Shown: positions 48,986 to 57,944 of the stretch, piece after piece
How the letters are laid out: every line of letters starts with the position of its first letter
Numbering within the stretch: the stretch's first letter is position 1
Source of the DNA: an uncultured Bacilli bacterium
Lineage (GTDB): Bacteria; Bacillota_I; Bacilli_A; RFN20; CAG-449
Assembly (NCBI GenBank): GCA_944332525.1
Contig: CALVKD010000002.1
Location: 1-61,395 of the forward strand
Reading direction: 5' to 3'
DNA: 61,395 nucleotides
Program-made: the position numbers and the translations under genes
The notes under the pieces: generated by a model
What the model saw: only the letters and a program-made list of their open reading frames with translations
The model's database searches: none
Told to the model about the DNA's origin: nothing

Positions 48986-49238
48986 GATTGCTCACCTCCT
49001 TTGGATAACGTTTTTTCTTCACAAAATAGAAGACTAGGGAAACGACTAACCCGATTAATGCGATGACAGCTACGATAAATAAGAGTATCTGCCACCACGA
49101 AGCAAATGGTGAAACTACATCACCAGTTTGATTGGCGACAGATGCAAAGACATAATATATCCCAAAAAATGCTGCAAAAGCATAGAAAGCGATAATTGCA
49201 CTGACGCCGAAGAAAATACCAAATGGTATCTTTTTCAT
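48978..49238 (-). CDS. 86-aa membrane protein (3 TM), co-transcribed with the GH3 gene
   Basis: It has a GGAAGGAA RBS and is hydrophobic. Its stop overlaps the GH3 start by 8 nt. Confidence 0.6.
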   Translation of the reverse strand: MKKIPFGIFFGVSAIIAFYAFAAFFGIYYVFASVANQTGDVVSPFASWWQILLFIVAVIALIGLVVSLVFYFVKKKRYPKEVSNHE

Positions 49239-49319
49239 GGTGTTTTCCTTCCTTTCTTATGCGGCCATTTTAAAAAATGTCTTAAAAAATGATAACGCTT
49301 ACATCGTATTTGGTAGTTC

Positions 49320-50654
49320 TTAATTCCTATTCGGTAAAGGAATGATGATATTCAATGTAAAAATGCTGTCTTCACCTAAAATAGTTAAATCACCATTATA
49401 AGATTCGGTTAAATAACGGATACTTTTAATTCCAAAGCCATGAAATCTGCCATCATTTTTAGTTGTTAACGGCATTCCATTTTCATCAAATTTAACATCA
49501 TCAGCATACGAATTTTGAACTGTAATATTAATCATGTTTCCAAATTGAGTAATCTTTAAAGAAATCATCCGCTTTTCCGAATCATCTATTTTCATGCAAG
49601 CCTCAATTGCATTATCAAGAGCATTACCAAATAGGGAATAGATAGTATTTGTATCAATAAAATTTAAAAGTTCCCCATTCGCGACAATTGTTAACGAAAT
49701 ATTTTGTTTTTGACAGATTAAAGATTTTTCTGTTAATACAATGTCTAATGCTTCATTCCCAGTTTTAACAATTGAATCATAGATGCTGATTGATTTTTCC
49801 ATTTCATTGACGATTGAATCATCTAATTTCTTACTTCGGCCAATTTTCCTAATTGTATAACGCATGTCATGGCATTTCATATTAATCATATCAATGTTTT
49901 CTTTAGATAACTTATATTGCCTGCTTTGCTCATCGAGCAATTTATTCAATAGAGTAACTTCACCTGCTAATTCTTCATTTAAAAGTAAAGTAAATTGTCC
50001 ATATAAAATAAGTAAGCAACAAATAGATGTAGCTATTTGATTTATTAGCATCGCTTTAAAAGACATATCCGAATAAACGACCACAGAATTCAAAACAATA
50101 TCGGCGATTAATCCCGCGGCTAATAAAAACATCATCGTTACCGATTTTATTTTCATCTCTTTATTCTTTTTTATTTTTCTTCCGTAGATTTTAAATAAAA
50201 TAACATAGCAAGTAAAATAACACAATATCCAGACTAAGATTAAAAAAGCAGTTTCTAAATTCCATCCCCAAGGAATGTCGTCATCGCCATACATTCCTAA
50301 AATCGGGCTGCGAGTTTGCATTAATATTCCAAATACGATATTGGTAATTTCATACGCGAAGTGCTGAATAGTATACCCAGCTAATGCGCAAAAAAGGACA
50401 TTAATAAATTTTGTATCATAAGTAAACATTAACAATGGAACCGAAATAAAGAAAAGCACAAAAAACATTAATGAATTCGAAACTGCATTATTTACAGTAA
50501 TTGGATAAATGCTCGCAACAGCAATTAAAACAACCCAAGAAAAGATTAAACGAAGAGGATAGTAGCTTCTTTTCTTTAAATGTATCGTCAGTAAAAATTC
50601 TGCTATAATAATTTCAATAATAAATATAACTTTGTATATTTCTAAAGACGGCAT
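49320..50654 (-). CDS. AgrC/LytS-like sensor histidine kinase (GHKL, HATPase_c_5 type)
   Basis: It has six or so N-terminal TM helices and a phospho-acceptor region CHDMRYTIR. The C-terminal ATPase has NALDNAIEA and GFGIKSI. Confidence 0.8.
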   Translation of the reverse strand: MPSLEIYKVIFIIEIIIAEFLLTIHLKKRSYYPLRLIFSWVVLIAVASIYPITVNNAVSNSLMFFVLFFISVPLLMFTYDTKFINVLFCALAGYTIQHFAYEITNIVFGILMQTRSPILGMYGDDDIPWGWNLETAFLILVWILCYFTCYVILFKIYGRKIKKNKEMKIKSVTMMFLLAAGLIADIVLNSVVVYSDMSFKAMLINQIATSICCLLILYGQFTLLLNEELAGEVTLLNKLLDEQSRQYKLSKENIDMINMKCHDMRYTIRKIGRSKKLDDSIVNEMEKSISIYDSIVKTGNEALDIVLTEKSLICQKQNISLTIVANGELLNFIDTNTIYSLFGNALDNAIEACMKIDDSEKRMISLKITQFGNMINITVQNSYADDVKFDENGMPLTTKNDGRFHGFGIKSIRYLTESYNGDLTILGEDSIFTLNIIIPLPNRN

Positions 50655-50655
50655 A

Positions 50656-51366
50656 TTATTTACCTATTAAATAATTATTTAAGTCATGTAAAAAAGTTGA
50701 ATGTTTAGCTCTTGAGACATTTAGCAATTCGCCGCCCACCTCAACTTGAGTCGGAAATAACTTGGTAACATAACGTAAATTAACTAAATAGCAACGATTG
50801 CAAAGCGAAAATGATTTTGCCGGAAGCAGAGACATTATTTTATCTAATGTACCAGTGGTTTTAACATCGCCATTCAATAAATGGAAAATTATTGAATGCG
50901 ATATTACTTCGACATATTTAATATTTGATATTTTAATTTTAAACTTTCCAGTCTTATTACTAATCCATATTTCTTTATCAATTCTTTTATCTAATTGCTT
51001 TATTGCTAAAGTCAATTTTTTTTCAAAAGAATAATACTGAACTGGTTTTACGATAAAATCAAAAGCTTGAACTTCATAACCCTTAACAGCATATTGAGCC
51101 ATATTGGTCACAAAAATAACCATGACATCACTATCTCTTTCACGGATTCTTTTAATTGCATCTAAACCATTCATATCAGGTAATTCAATATCCATAAAAA
51201 TAATATCGAAATTACCATTATAACCATTTAAAAAGAGTGATGAGTTAGGATATGATTTTACCTGCATTTCAATTTTCGACTCATCTTGATATTTTTTTAA
51301 ATAATCAACTAATCTTGCATTAGCTATCTGATCGTCTTCAACGATAGCAATTCTTAAATTTTCCAT
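50656..51366 (-). CDS. LytTR-family response regulator (REC plus LytTR DNA-binding domain)
   Basis: The REC domain has IAIVEDD...IIFMDIELPDMNG. The LytTR C-terminus has IKYVEV..H...FHL and R.YLVNL. Confidence 0.88.
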   Translation of the reverse strand: MENLRIAIVEDDQIANARLVDYLKKYQDESKIEMQVKSYPNSSLFLNGYNGNFDIIFMDIELPDMNGLDAIKRIRERDSDVMVIFVTNMAQYAVKGYEVQAFDFIVKPVQYYSFEKKLTLAIKQLDKRIDKEIWISNKTGKFKIKISNIKYVEVISHSIIFHLLNGDVKTTGTLDKIMSLLPAKSFSLCNRCYLVNLRYVTKLFPTQVEVGGELLNVSRAKHSTFLHDLNNYLIGK

Positions 51367-51382
51367 TCCTGTAATTGGTTAC

Positions 51383-51411
51383 ATATTAGCAACAGAAATA
51401 TCTTTTGTCAA
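51383..51411 (-). promoter_or_regulatory. sigma-70-type promoter for the LytTR/kinase operon
   Basis: On the minus strand the -35 is TTGACA (51406-51411), the spacer is 17 nt and the -10 is TAATAT (51383-51388). The -10 lies about 15 nt upstream of the start codon. Confidence 0.55.
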
Positions 51412-51489
51412 ATAATAATCCTTTTAGTTTCCTGAAAAAAATAGATACAAACAATTATTAAAACTAAAAAAACGCATATTTTTTTTAAT

Positions 51490-52119
51490 TTATCTGATAA
51501 CAATATTTTTTCTATTAGATTTTTCAATACTGATTTTTGATTCAAAAAGAAGCAAATAACGCGTAGCCTCAATTCTTTTACCAAAGGTAACAAAGAAAAA
51601 TTGATCGCACGATTCCCAAATAAAGACCCAGGCGAAGATTTCAATAACTTCTTGGAAAATAAAATTTATCTTAAACCATTGTAGTAAACCATAAATACAA
51701 TATGTCATCATTCCAGTTATTAAAAGAGCTAAGCCCACAAATTTTGTTCTTCTCAATTCCTTTTTTATTTCAGTATGTTTAACCGCATAATGAAAATATA
51801 TTAATTTTTTTATTTTCTCAATTTCATTTTCATCCATTCTTTCATCAACAATTAATACTAGATGAATATCATAAGTCTTCTTAGCCAGCTTAAATGATTC
51901 TTCAAGAAAATCAAAAATATCATCGCTAAGCATGGTTTGATTTGAATAAGGTTTATAAACATCACCTTCCGTCAAATCTAAAGTAATCGTGCTAATTTTT
52001 TTCTCATCATCATTTTCAATATTATAGAAATGTTCAACGCTTTGATTAGAAAGTTCTTTGTACATTCTTTCAGCTGATTTTTTCGCGTGTTCTCTTTTCT
52101 TTAAATAACCTTTAAACAT
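51490..52119 (-). CDS. 209-aa protein with two C-terminal TM helices, unknown function
   Basis: It has an AGGAGAAG RBS. I recognised no family. Confidence 0.55.
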   Translation of the reverse strand: MFKGYLKKREHAKKSAERMYKELSNQSVEHFYNIENDDEKKISTITLDLTEGDVYKPYSNQTMLSDDIFDFLEESFKLAKKTYDIHLVLIVDERMDENEIEKIKKLIYFHYAVKHTEIKKELRRTKFVGLALLITGMMTYCIYGLLQWFKINFIFQEVIEIFAWVFIWESCDQFFFVTFGKRIEATRYLLLFESKISIEKSNRKNIVIR

Positions 52120-52222
52120 AATCTTCTCCTAAACTCATCAACCTCTTTGTTTAAATGATAATTGATTAATAATGAAAACTTAAGTAAAACAAATGTTCTA
52201 GCAAAACGTATCTAGATATTTA

Positions 52223-53035
52223 TTATTTAGAAAAGGCTAAATCAATAGCTTTGTATTCATTGAATTTTTTAATTATTGATTTAATATGGCATCCATCTTT
52301 ATCATCAGGTAAAAACTTATATAAATTATCTAAAATTGATTCATCTATATCTTTGTAGTAGGCTTCGGCAATACTGCAAGATATCGCGGCTGTGGTATCG
52401 CAGTCGCCTCCAATAGAAATCGTGGTTCTTAAACAGTCTTCAAAAGACGATGAAATTAAAAAGCAGAAGATTGCTTGAGGAATAGTTTTTTGACAAGTTT
52501 CATTGAAGCGATAATGTTTTTTCAAGTCTTCATATTCGAAATTCAGATTATAGTATTTTTCTGCATATTGCTTAATAAACTCTTTACTCTTTCCTTTACG
52601 CGCGTAAAATATGCACATCGCAGTTACTTCCGCGCCTTTTAATCCCTCTATATGGGAATGGGTCACTTCGGTAATGGCTTTTGATATTCTTTTGACCTCT
52701 TCTTCATCTTGACAATACCAGCCAACAGGAGAGATTCTCATTGCTGCTCCATTGCCAAAGTTATGATAAGATTCTCTTTCATCGCTAAATAACCAATCAA
52801 AAAAGTGTCCACCATAACCGCGATCTGGATATGCTCTTTCCCATTTTTTAAAAGTATCAATTATTTTATCCTTATCATCGTAATAATGCTTTTGCATTAT
52901 TTCAGCGACCGCTAAAGTCATAATTGAATCATCTGTTAAAAAAGAATTTTTTGAAAACAAAGGAAAGTCTTTACTTCGAACATTATTAAATTCATATACT
53001 GAACCGACAGTATCACCAATAATTGCGCCTAACAT
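52223..53035 (-). CDS. ADP-ribosylglycohydrolase family protein
   Basis: It has the N-terminus MLGAIIGDTVGSVYEF followed by LTDDSIMTLAV. It also has GNGAAMRISP and GGDCDTTAAI, which are metal-site motifs of the ARH/DraG family. Confidence 0.85.
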   Translation of the reverse strand: MLGAIIGDTVGSVYEFNNVRSKDFPLFSKNSFLTDDSIMTLAVAEIMQKHYYDDKDKIIDTFKKWERAYPDRGYGGHFFDWLFSDERESYHNFGNGAAMRISPVGWYCQDEEEVKRISKAITEVTHSHIEGLKGAEVTAMCIFYARKGKSKEFIKQYAEKYYNLNFEYEDLKKHYRFNETCQKTIPQAIFCFLISSSFEDCLRTTISIGGDCDTTAAISCSIAEAYYKDIDESILDNLYKFLPDDKDGCHIKSIIKKFNEYKAIDLAFSK

Positions 53036-53086
53036 AATTAAACCTCTTATAGTTATTATATAGCAAATAAACTACAAATTGCTTAA

Positions 53087-53114
53087 ACAAAAAAATCTGC
53101 TTTATTAAGCAGAT
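53087..53114 (-). terminator. intrinsic terminator
   Basis: An 8-bp stem pairs ATCTGCTT (53095-53102) with AAGCAGAT (53107-53114). A U-run follows on the minus strand. Confidence 0.7.
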
Positions 53115-53286
53115 TATTCTTCCTCAATCATATCGCGAAAGCGCGGCTCAATATTAATAGAAGTATCATCACTAAAGTCTATGAAAAGAAAAAAACAGGA
53201 TTCATCGTTTGCTCTGTCTTAACAGTTATTTCGCTTGCCTCCTATTTATTAGTGTTTATTCTATAATTAATTTATTATCGTATTTA

Positions 53287-53934
53287 TCAATACTTATTTA
53301 ATAACTTAACTTCTTCAATTATTGTTTTAACTTGGTTTATATCTTTTAAAGGATAAACTATATAATTTTTTTCTAATGTTTTGATGATGACTTTACCTGA
53401 TGGCCAATAGCCATGGGTTTTAACATCAATTGAGATTATTTGATTATATTTTATTTCTCTTTTACCGGCGATAGTTTTAATTCGTATATCATAGTCGTTA
53501 TATTCAATTAATACTTTACTTGTAGGAAAAATTGAGATAAATAACATATATATTAACTGAAGACCTTTAATACCTATAAGAATGTTATAGATGATAACCG
53601 GAATAATATCTGAATTAGCAGTTAAGATATTTAACCCAATATCCACGAGAATTATTATTAATAAAGAAACTGAGTATAAAAGTATATAGCCATAATGTTT
53701 AAAACCAACCGGCTTGTATTCTAAGTTTTTATCTTGATCATTACTATCTAATAAATAATTCATGCTTACTTTAAATTCTTTTGAAATTAAACGTAAAACA
53801 TCAATTGATGGATAGCTAAGGTCTCTTTCCCATTTAGAGACTGCCTGCCGAGTAACATATATTTTATTTGCCATTTCATCTTGAGACAAATTGTTCTCTT
53901 GACGGATGGCTTTTATTTTTTCACTTAAGTTCAT
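53287..53934 (-). CDS. XRE-family HTH protein with two TM helices and a small C-terminal beta-rich (PH-like?) domain
   Basis: It has the HTH_3 N-terminus IKAIRQENNLSQDEMANKIYVTRQAVSKWE and hydrophobic helices at residues about 85-135. It has an AGAGGAAA RBS. Confidence 0.75.
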   Translation of the reverse strand: MNLSEKIKAIRQENNLSQDEMANKIYVTRQAVSKWERDLSYPSIDVLRLISKEFKVSMNYLLDSNDQDKNLEYKPVGFKHYGYILLYSVSLLIIILVDIGLNILTANSDIIPVIIYNILIGIKGLQLIYMLFISIFPTSKVLIEYNDYDIRIKTIAGKREIKYNQIISIDVKTHGYWPSGKVIIKTLEKNYIVYPLKDINQVKTIIEEVKLLNKY

Positions 53935-54137
53935 AACATTTCCTCTTTAAGAATATTGTAAATATATGTTTCTTAAAAAGCACGCGACTATTGGTTTCTA
54001 TAATGAATAAAATAAAAGTACAATATTGCAAATATTTATTATCTAAATAATTTTTATGAGAGTTGTTAGAAAAATTGATTTTTGTAATATTACATTGTTT
54101 GCATAAGTATACGAAATATAAATTTACACACGAAATT

Positions 54138-55040
54138 CTAAATATCAAGTTTCAAATCGTTTTTAGTTATTTTTATTTCTTTAAGAATTCTTGATTTAAA
54201 ATTTTTAGGAATTCTAATTTTTAAAATATGATCTTCATTTAATTTTGGATTTTGAATTTCATGAATACCAATATTATAAAATGGTGCTTTAAGAGTTGAT
54301 GGATATATTTTATGACAATAATTAGCACCATTATAAAATGCACTTCCACAATAAAATAATGAACCCTCTTGACTCACTAGTCTTCTATTTTTCCTTTCTT
54401 TATCATAATCATAAATTACCATAAATCCGTATGGCAAATAAGCAGCTATGTCACAGCAAAGATTATTTATTCTATCATGGTTTATTTCTGGATACTTCTC
54501 TTTAAAGTACTTATCTTCCAATAAGCGACTAGCTAATGCTTTATTTTCTATAATTTTATCGTCAATAATAGAAAGGTAATTTATAATGCTAGTGCTAATC
54601 CACTCTGATTTATGTGGAAAATATTGACAAATATATATCGCTCCATCCATATCATCACTAATTTTATTTTTATCTATATCATAACAAGCAAAAAATAAAG
54701 CCACTTTTATATTTGAAGTAAAATCTATTCCTCTGGTTGGAATACCATAATGTTGGGCAAAAGGTATTATTTGATTAATTTCTATATTTGCGTGATTAAG
54801 TACAGAATACAATAAAATTTCATTTTCTGAATATTTTTGTGGTGTTCTATTTATGCTTGGAATCAAATTCCAAGCATAATTCATTTGACCTCTAAAAAAT
54901 AAATAGAATTGAAATGGATTAAACTCATCGTATTTACCTTTATATATTTCATAATGTGAAAAATATCTGTCTATTGTACTTTTTAAAGTATCCAAAATAT
55001 TAAGTGAATTAATAAAAATATTTTTAGAAATTTCAATCAT
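54138..55040 (-). CDS. FRG domain protein
   Basis: It has the motifs FFRGQMNYAWNLIPSINR and AQHYGIPTRGIDFTSN, which match the FRG domain signature (FRGQ...L.PS..R and AQHyG.pT..lD.T). Confidence 0.75.
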   Translation of the reverse strand: MIEISKNIFINSLNILDTLKSTIDRYFSHYEIYKGKYDEFNPFQFYLFFRGQMNYAWNLIPSINRTPQKYSENEILLYSVLNHANIEINQIIPFAQHYGIPTRGIDFTSNIKVALFFACYDIDKNKISDDMDGAIYICQYFPHKSEWISTSIINYLSIIDDKIIENKALASRLLEDKYFKEKYPEINHDRINNLCCDIAAYLPYGFMVIYDYDKERKNRRLVSQEGSLFYCGSAFYNGANYCHKIYPSTLKAPFYNIGIHEIQNPKLNEDHILKIRIPKNFKSRILKEIKITKNDLKLDI

Positions 55041-55077
55041 TTAAGTTTCATTTTTTTGTTTTATTTTTCAAATAAAT

Positions 55078-55449
55078 TTAATTTATATAAACAAAGGACT
55101 GAGGAGCAGATTTAATTCCAAAATCAACTAACTCTTTTGGCTGATCATATATTTTTACATTTCCCAATTTATATGCATAGGCAATTTGTTTCTTATAAAA
55201 ATATTTATCAAAATACTTTTTGCTAATTCCTGCCTCTGAATTAGTTTTTATCCACAATTCTTCTGGTGGTAAAATTAAAACTTCCAAAATATCAACTTCA
55301 GCAACAACTTTTTTTATTGGCATCGTTTCATAAATAAGAAGCTTATCAATATTATATTTAGCAACTATTTTTCTATATTCATACTTTTTTGTCCCATTAA
55401 GTATGTTTGTTACATGTTCAGGGTGAATAGATATAACAATTCTTTTCAT
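55078..55449 (-). CDS. ASCH domain protein
   Basis: This 123-aa protein has MKRIVISIHPEHVTNILNGTKKYEYRK, a typical ASCH (PUA-like) N-terminus. It has an AAGGAG RBS inside the upstream gene's last codons. Confidence 0.7.
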   Translation of the reverse strand: MKRIVISIHPEHVTNILNGTKKYEYRKIVAKYNIDKLLIYETMPIKKVVAEVDILEVLILPPEELWIKTNSEAGISKKYFDKYFYKKQIAYAYKLGNVKIYDQPKELVDFGIKSAPQSFVYIN

Positions 55450-55453
55450 ATAT

Positions 55454-57307
55454 TTACTCCTTTAAAAATAAATCATATAAACTCCGAGGTATCTCATCAA
55501 AAGGTCTAGGTCCTTCATCATAATTATACAAATTCCGTTCTATTAATTCATTTAAAAGAATTTTATTGGTATATGGCTTATATGTAATTAATTTTATCAC
55601 GGTTCTATATTTTTTGTTATTGTAAAAACAAGTTAATTGATCTTGATTGAATACAGACTTATTTTTGCACTCATTAAGATATTTTTCAAGTGTATCTGGC
55701 TTGATAATTTCTTCTAAAACTGCTAATCCACTACAGACAGAAGAATATTTTTTGGGATATCTTTCACCTATTCTATATATTACTATCAAATCACCAGGTT
55801 TAGGTTCCATTTTATGGGTGCCACTGACATATATCTTTTCCAATGAATATAAATGTCCTTTATTACCCATATAAAGTGACATGTCCTCATTTTTTAAAAT
55901 TGAATCAGGAAATAATTCTGTATGATATTCAGGATTAATTGGCAACATAAACATTTTAAAATCATTTTTGATATTAGGAAAATTATATTTAACTGATTTT
56001 TCAGGGTTATATTCATTTAATTTTTTTACATATACTGATTCATCGCCATTAGATGTTTTTTTTATTCCATATTTGTAAAATCCCCATTGTTTGAAAATAT
56101 CTCGTAAAGCATCTATTTCAATTCTTTTATTTTCGAATAAAGTAACATAAATTTCATCAGCATGAATATTTAAAGCATTATCAAAAATTATCTTTAAAAA
56201 TCTTTCACCTAATCTAAACCCAGAAACTTCATTATCAATTTTAAACGTTCCAACCTTTAATCTTTTTAGTGGTTGGAGCGCTGGAATAACGCTTAGATAA
56301 TCTTTTTCATCGTCAAATTCAGTTTTAATATACAAAAAGCCATGTATATGATTATCTTTTTTAAAAACATAAGCTTCGTCATTATTTTTTTTACAAAACC
56401 AATCTTCAAATCCAGGATAATCCAATTTGAGAGTATCGAAAAATGGGTCATTCAAATTAATAGTTCCAAATTTTTCTTTCCTAATTGATAATACATTATA
56501 TTCAATTTTTTCTGGGAATAACTTTTCAACATTTTTTAAATATTCATCTGTTGAAATAACTTGGTTTCTAATATATAATTTTTCAGCTTTTAATAGTATT
56601 TTTTTATCTTGCGTTATAAGTAAATCAGCAATACCAGAATAAACTTGATATAATATATTATTATCTATAAGACTATTATCATCAGTTGAAAAATTTTTCA
56701 TTACATTGTTAAAAAAAACATCACTAATCGTTGTTGGTATGATTTTTTCATAAGCATTTAACTTTATATTCATTCCTCGTCTTATCTTTATATCGCCATG
56801 TTTTTCTAACTCTGAAATTGTGTCTGGATGAATTAGTTTCCGACAATTTAAAACATCTAGCCATTTATAGACATTGCTTACTTCAAACGAAACATTATCA
56901 TAACTTTCTCGATGAATAATGATGTTGGTATCTAGAAGAACTCTCAAATTTCTGTAATTTAAACTCATTGGTTTAATTCCAATTTTCAAAATACCTTTAC
57001 TATTCATCAAACTCTTACTATAAATCCTATAGCATATTTTCAAAGCATCTTGAAAACAATTACACTGCCCTTTAAAATCATCATTCCAAGAATCGACAAT
57101 TGCATCTTCAAAATTATCATACATTTTCACAGATGTAACCTTAACATTAACATAATCTAAAGCATTCTGATTCGATATTATAGTAATTCTATCGCCATTA
57201 CAAATCTTACTTCTTTCTTCATCATATAGACGATATTCAAATTTTTTTTCACAGTTTCTTATTAACTCTAAAAACTCAGGTTTTATTTTAAATCTATAAT
57301 GTTTCAT
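55454..57307 (-). CDS. multidomain protein: ASCH - PIN nuclease - GNAT-like - C-terminal PUA/ASCH-like domain
   Basis: Residues 5-110 form an ASCH domain (FKIKPEFLELIRNCEKKFEYRLYD). Residues about 120-255 form a PIN domain (VLLDTNIIIHRE...LITQDKK). Residues about 290-430 are GNAT-like (HGFLYIK...GFRLGERFLKIIFDNA). The C-terminus has PKPGDLIVIYRIG. I chose the ATG at 57307, because the ORF-track GTG at 57319 is less likely. Confidence 0.6.
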   Translation of the reverse strand: MKHYRFKIKPEFLELIRNCEKKFEYRLYDEERSKICNGDRITIISNQNALDYVNVKVTSVKMYDNFEDAIVDSWNDDFKGQCNCFQDALKICYRIYSKSLMNSKGILKIGIKPMSLNYRNLRVLLDTNIIIHRESYDNVSFEVSNVYKWLDVLNCRKLIHPDTISELEKHGDIKIRRGMNIKLNAYEKIIPTTISDVFFNNVMKNFSTDDNSLIDNNILYQVYSGIADLLITQDKKILLKAEKLYIRNQVISTDEYLKNVEKLFPEKIEYNVLSIRKEKFGTINLNDPFFDTLKLDYPGFEDWFCKKNNDEAYVFKKDNHIHGFLYIKTEFDDEKDYLSVIPALQPLKRLKVGTFKIDNEVSGFRLGERFLKIIFDNALNIHADEIYVTLFENKRIEIDALRDIFKQWGFYKYGIKKTSNGDESVYVKKLNEYNPEKSVKYNFPNIKNDFKMFMLPINPEYHTELFPDSILKNEDMSLYMGNKGHLYSLEKIYVSGTHKMEPKPGDLIVIYRIGERYPKKYSSVCSGLAVLEEIIKPDTLEKYLNECKNKSVFNQDQLTCFYNNKKYRTVIKLITYKPYTNKILLNELIERNLYNYDEGPRPFDEIPRSLYDLFLKE

Positions 57308-57430
57308 TTCTCCCCTCACTATTTATTCAACCCATCATTAAATATATAATCTATTAAGTATTGATTTATTTCAATATAATTGTTATCAGTAGTTATATTA
57401 AAAAAATTTATAATTAAAAACATACACTTT

Positions 57431-57892
57431 TTATCTTTTCCACGATACATTATTTTTTAATTTAATAAGGTTAGTAATTACTAAATCTATATTATCAATC
57501 CAGTAAACAGTAATTTTGCTATGATTCTTTAAAATAACTTTTAAATGCCCCGCATTCCAATTAAAAAAGCCTCTATCGAATTTGATGTAGTCAAAGTAAT
57601 CGATATCATCCCATTTTACAATTTGCTTATTAATGATAATTAGATATTCTCTATTATATTTTATTAATTCAATCTGCGGATGATGTTTAATATAGAAATA
57701 CATAAATGCACAAAATATTCCTAGAGAAAGAGATATTATAGCAATTAATAACGCTGCTAAATCAAAACCATTAATTATAAGAAGAATAGACATTACTACG
57801 AAGACTAAAAAGAAAGCAATTGAAACAATTATAAGTGATGTAATACCTTCTTTAGTGCGATAAGCAATAGTCTTATATTCACCATTTCCCAT
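57431..57892 (-). CDS. 153-aa membrane protein (2 TM) with a C-terminal beta-rich (PH-like?) domain
   Basis: It is a hydrophobic hairpin followed by a domain resembling the C-terminus of 53287-53934. It has no clear RBS. Confidence 0.45.
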   Translation of the reverse strand: MGNGEYKTIAYRTKEGITSLIIVSIAFFLVFVVMSILLIINGFDLAALLIAIISLSLGIFCAFMYFYIKHHPQIELIKYNREYLIIINKQIVKWDDIDYFDYIKFDRGFFNWNAGHLKVILKNHSKITVYWIDNIDLVITNLIKLKNNVSWKR

Positions 57893-57944
57893 TGGTACAA
57901 TTATATCACAAATATATCGTTATTTTGATGACGTATTAGATATT

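Noticed and set aside
51408-51644. 78-aa minus-strand ORF overlapping the 3' end of 51490-52119 and the LytTR promoter region
   Set aside because: It overlaps a better-supported gene (with an AGGAGAAG RBS) in another frame. It would also run through the TTGACA/TAATAT promoter. It is probably spurious.
53921-54148. 75-aa ORF in the AT-rich spacer between the FRG gene and the XRE/TM gene
   Set aside because: It overlaps both neighbours' ends, has no RBS, and has a low-complexity Ile/Asn/Phe/Lys-rich composition expected from AT-rich non-coding DNA.
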